Assembly: GCA_025786725.1 (NCBI GenBank)
Contig: JAHLTZ010000013.1
Span: 124,001-188,000 of the forward strand
Origin: Syncephalis fuscata S228
Taxonomy: Eukaryota; Fungi; Zoopagomycota
Direction of reading: 5' to 3'
Length of the DNA: 64,000 nucleotides
Position 1 is the first letter of the stretch. Every line of letters begins with the position of its first letter. The notes beneath the pieces were generated by a model. The model saw nothing but the letters and a program-made list of their open reading frames with translations, ran no database searches and was not told the DNA's origin. Positions 63,021 through 64,000 of the stretch are shown here, one piece after another. The position numbers were made by a program, and so were the translations under genes.

Positions 63021-64000
63021 TCAACTAGGCTTCTCTGCTAATATGCAACCAATATTAGGTGTGCATACAAAACGTGCAGCTACTGTGCCCAAAATACTAA
63101 TTGTTTTTGATGATCCATCAATGGCGGCAATTTCTTGAGGAAAAGCACAATCAGCACCGTCCGTTACCTAAAACGATCATATTTGTATTAATAAACCATT
63201 AACGTTTGTTAATCATTTGTTAATTAACTTTACTTACATCCATTTCAATGTTACCAAGACGTAGTCGCATACGCCCTGATTTATACACAACTAGTTTACC
63301 AACTAATCCTTCTACACCATTGGATGTTACTTTATCCGTATCTTTAGTAGCATCACTATTTGTATTGGCGGTAGCACTTGTTGTATCTTCTTGTTTAACA
63401 TTATTAAAATCATGCTCAGTTGTTTCTTGTTTAACTTTAATTGAATCGGATTCTAATACCGCCTCATTCATAGCAGTATCAGCGGACTCATTCTTGATTG
63501 GAGCTGTTGGTTCTACATCCACTGCCATAGCGTCACTTGATTGAGATGTGTTGGCTGGCGCATTGAATTTAGGCAATACAGTTGGAAATTGAAAAAAAAA
63601 CAAATTTTCTTCACGGGCCGACTATTATTCAATTTAATAAATACAATTGAAATAAAACAATAATACAACAATATATATATAACTTACATTCTGTGGGAAT
63701 ACCTGTGTATTGTCACGGAATACTGGATACATAAGATTACGTGCTGGCAATGGTACACTTTCTTCGTCTTGGCCAGTCTCTTCTTCCTCTTCTTCATGAG
63801 TATTGTCGGTGTCCATTGCTACGGCTGGCTCACTTACTTCCTGCTTTAACATAGCAAGAACATCTTTTTCTTGTTTAACTACTACATTATCTTCATCTTC
63901 ATCCTCCATCTTGACAGCAACTAATAATACATGCCATTAATAATAGGCTATTTGGCTATTTACATTTTATTACTTACTAGATGATACTGATGTACCTGCT
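63021..64000 (-). CDS. RPC53: RNA polymerase III subunit RPC4/RPC53, C-terminal part (5' end outside window)
   Basis: LFFFQFPTVLP, EGLVGKLVVYKSGRMRLRLGNIEMDVTDG..FPQE..LGTV..RFVCTPNI. Confidence 0.92.

Overview
AT-rich eukaryotic nuclear DNA with short (~45-70 nt) introns. It looks like an early-diverging fungus; the secreted kinase-like protein, intronless S1 protease and F-box/7TM families suggest a zoopagalean mycoparasite such as Syncephalis (inference only). About 20 genes can be reconstructed by hand: a defensin-like peptide, a secreted pseudokinase, two RhoGEFs, HSP20, a 7TM receptor, BNA1, a DMAC1-like protein, an SPX-deacylase fusion, Argonaute, two paralogous secreted Pro-rich repeat proteins, QTRT2, an S1 protease, a P1B ATPase, an F-box protein, a UBOX5-like protein, a Myb/GON4L-like protein, a Kelch-membrane protein, a PDK/BCKDK kinase and partial RPC4. 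Highlights: (1) an SPX inositol-pyrophosphate sensor domain fused to a bacterial-type AstE/AspA zinc deacylase; (2) a head-to-head pair of secreted effector-like genes that share a ~408 bp near-identical inverted repeat (promoter plus signal peptide) but have diverged mature proteins carrying PxxPxKPxxL SH3-ligand motifs, and that flank a potentially invertible ~8 kb segment; (3) a U12-type AT-AC intron inside a U-box; (4) eight same-direction single-base frameshifts in four conserved genes, most likely assembly errors. No rRNA, tRNA, CRISPR or recognisable transposon was seen.
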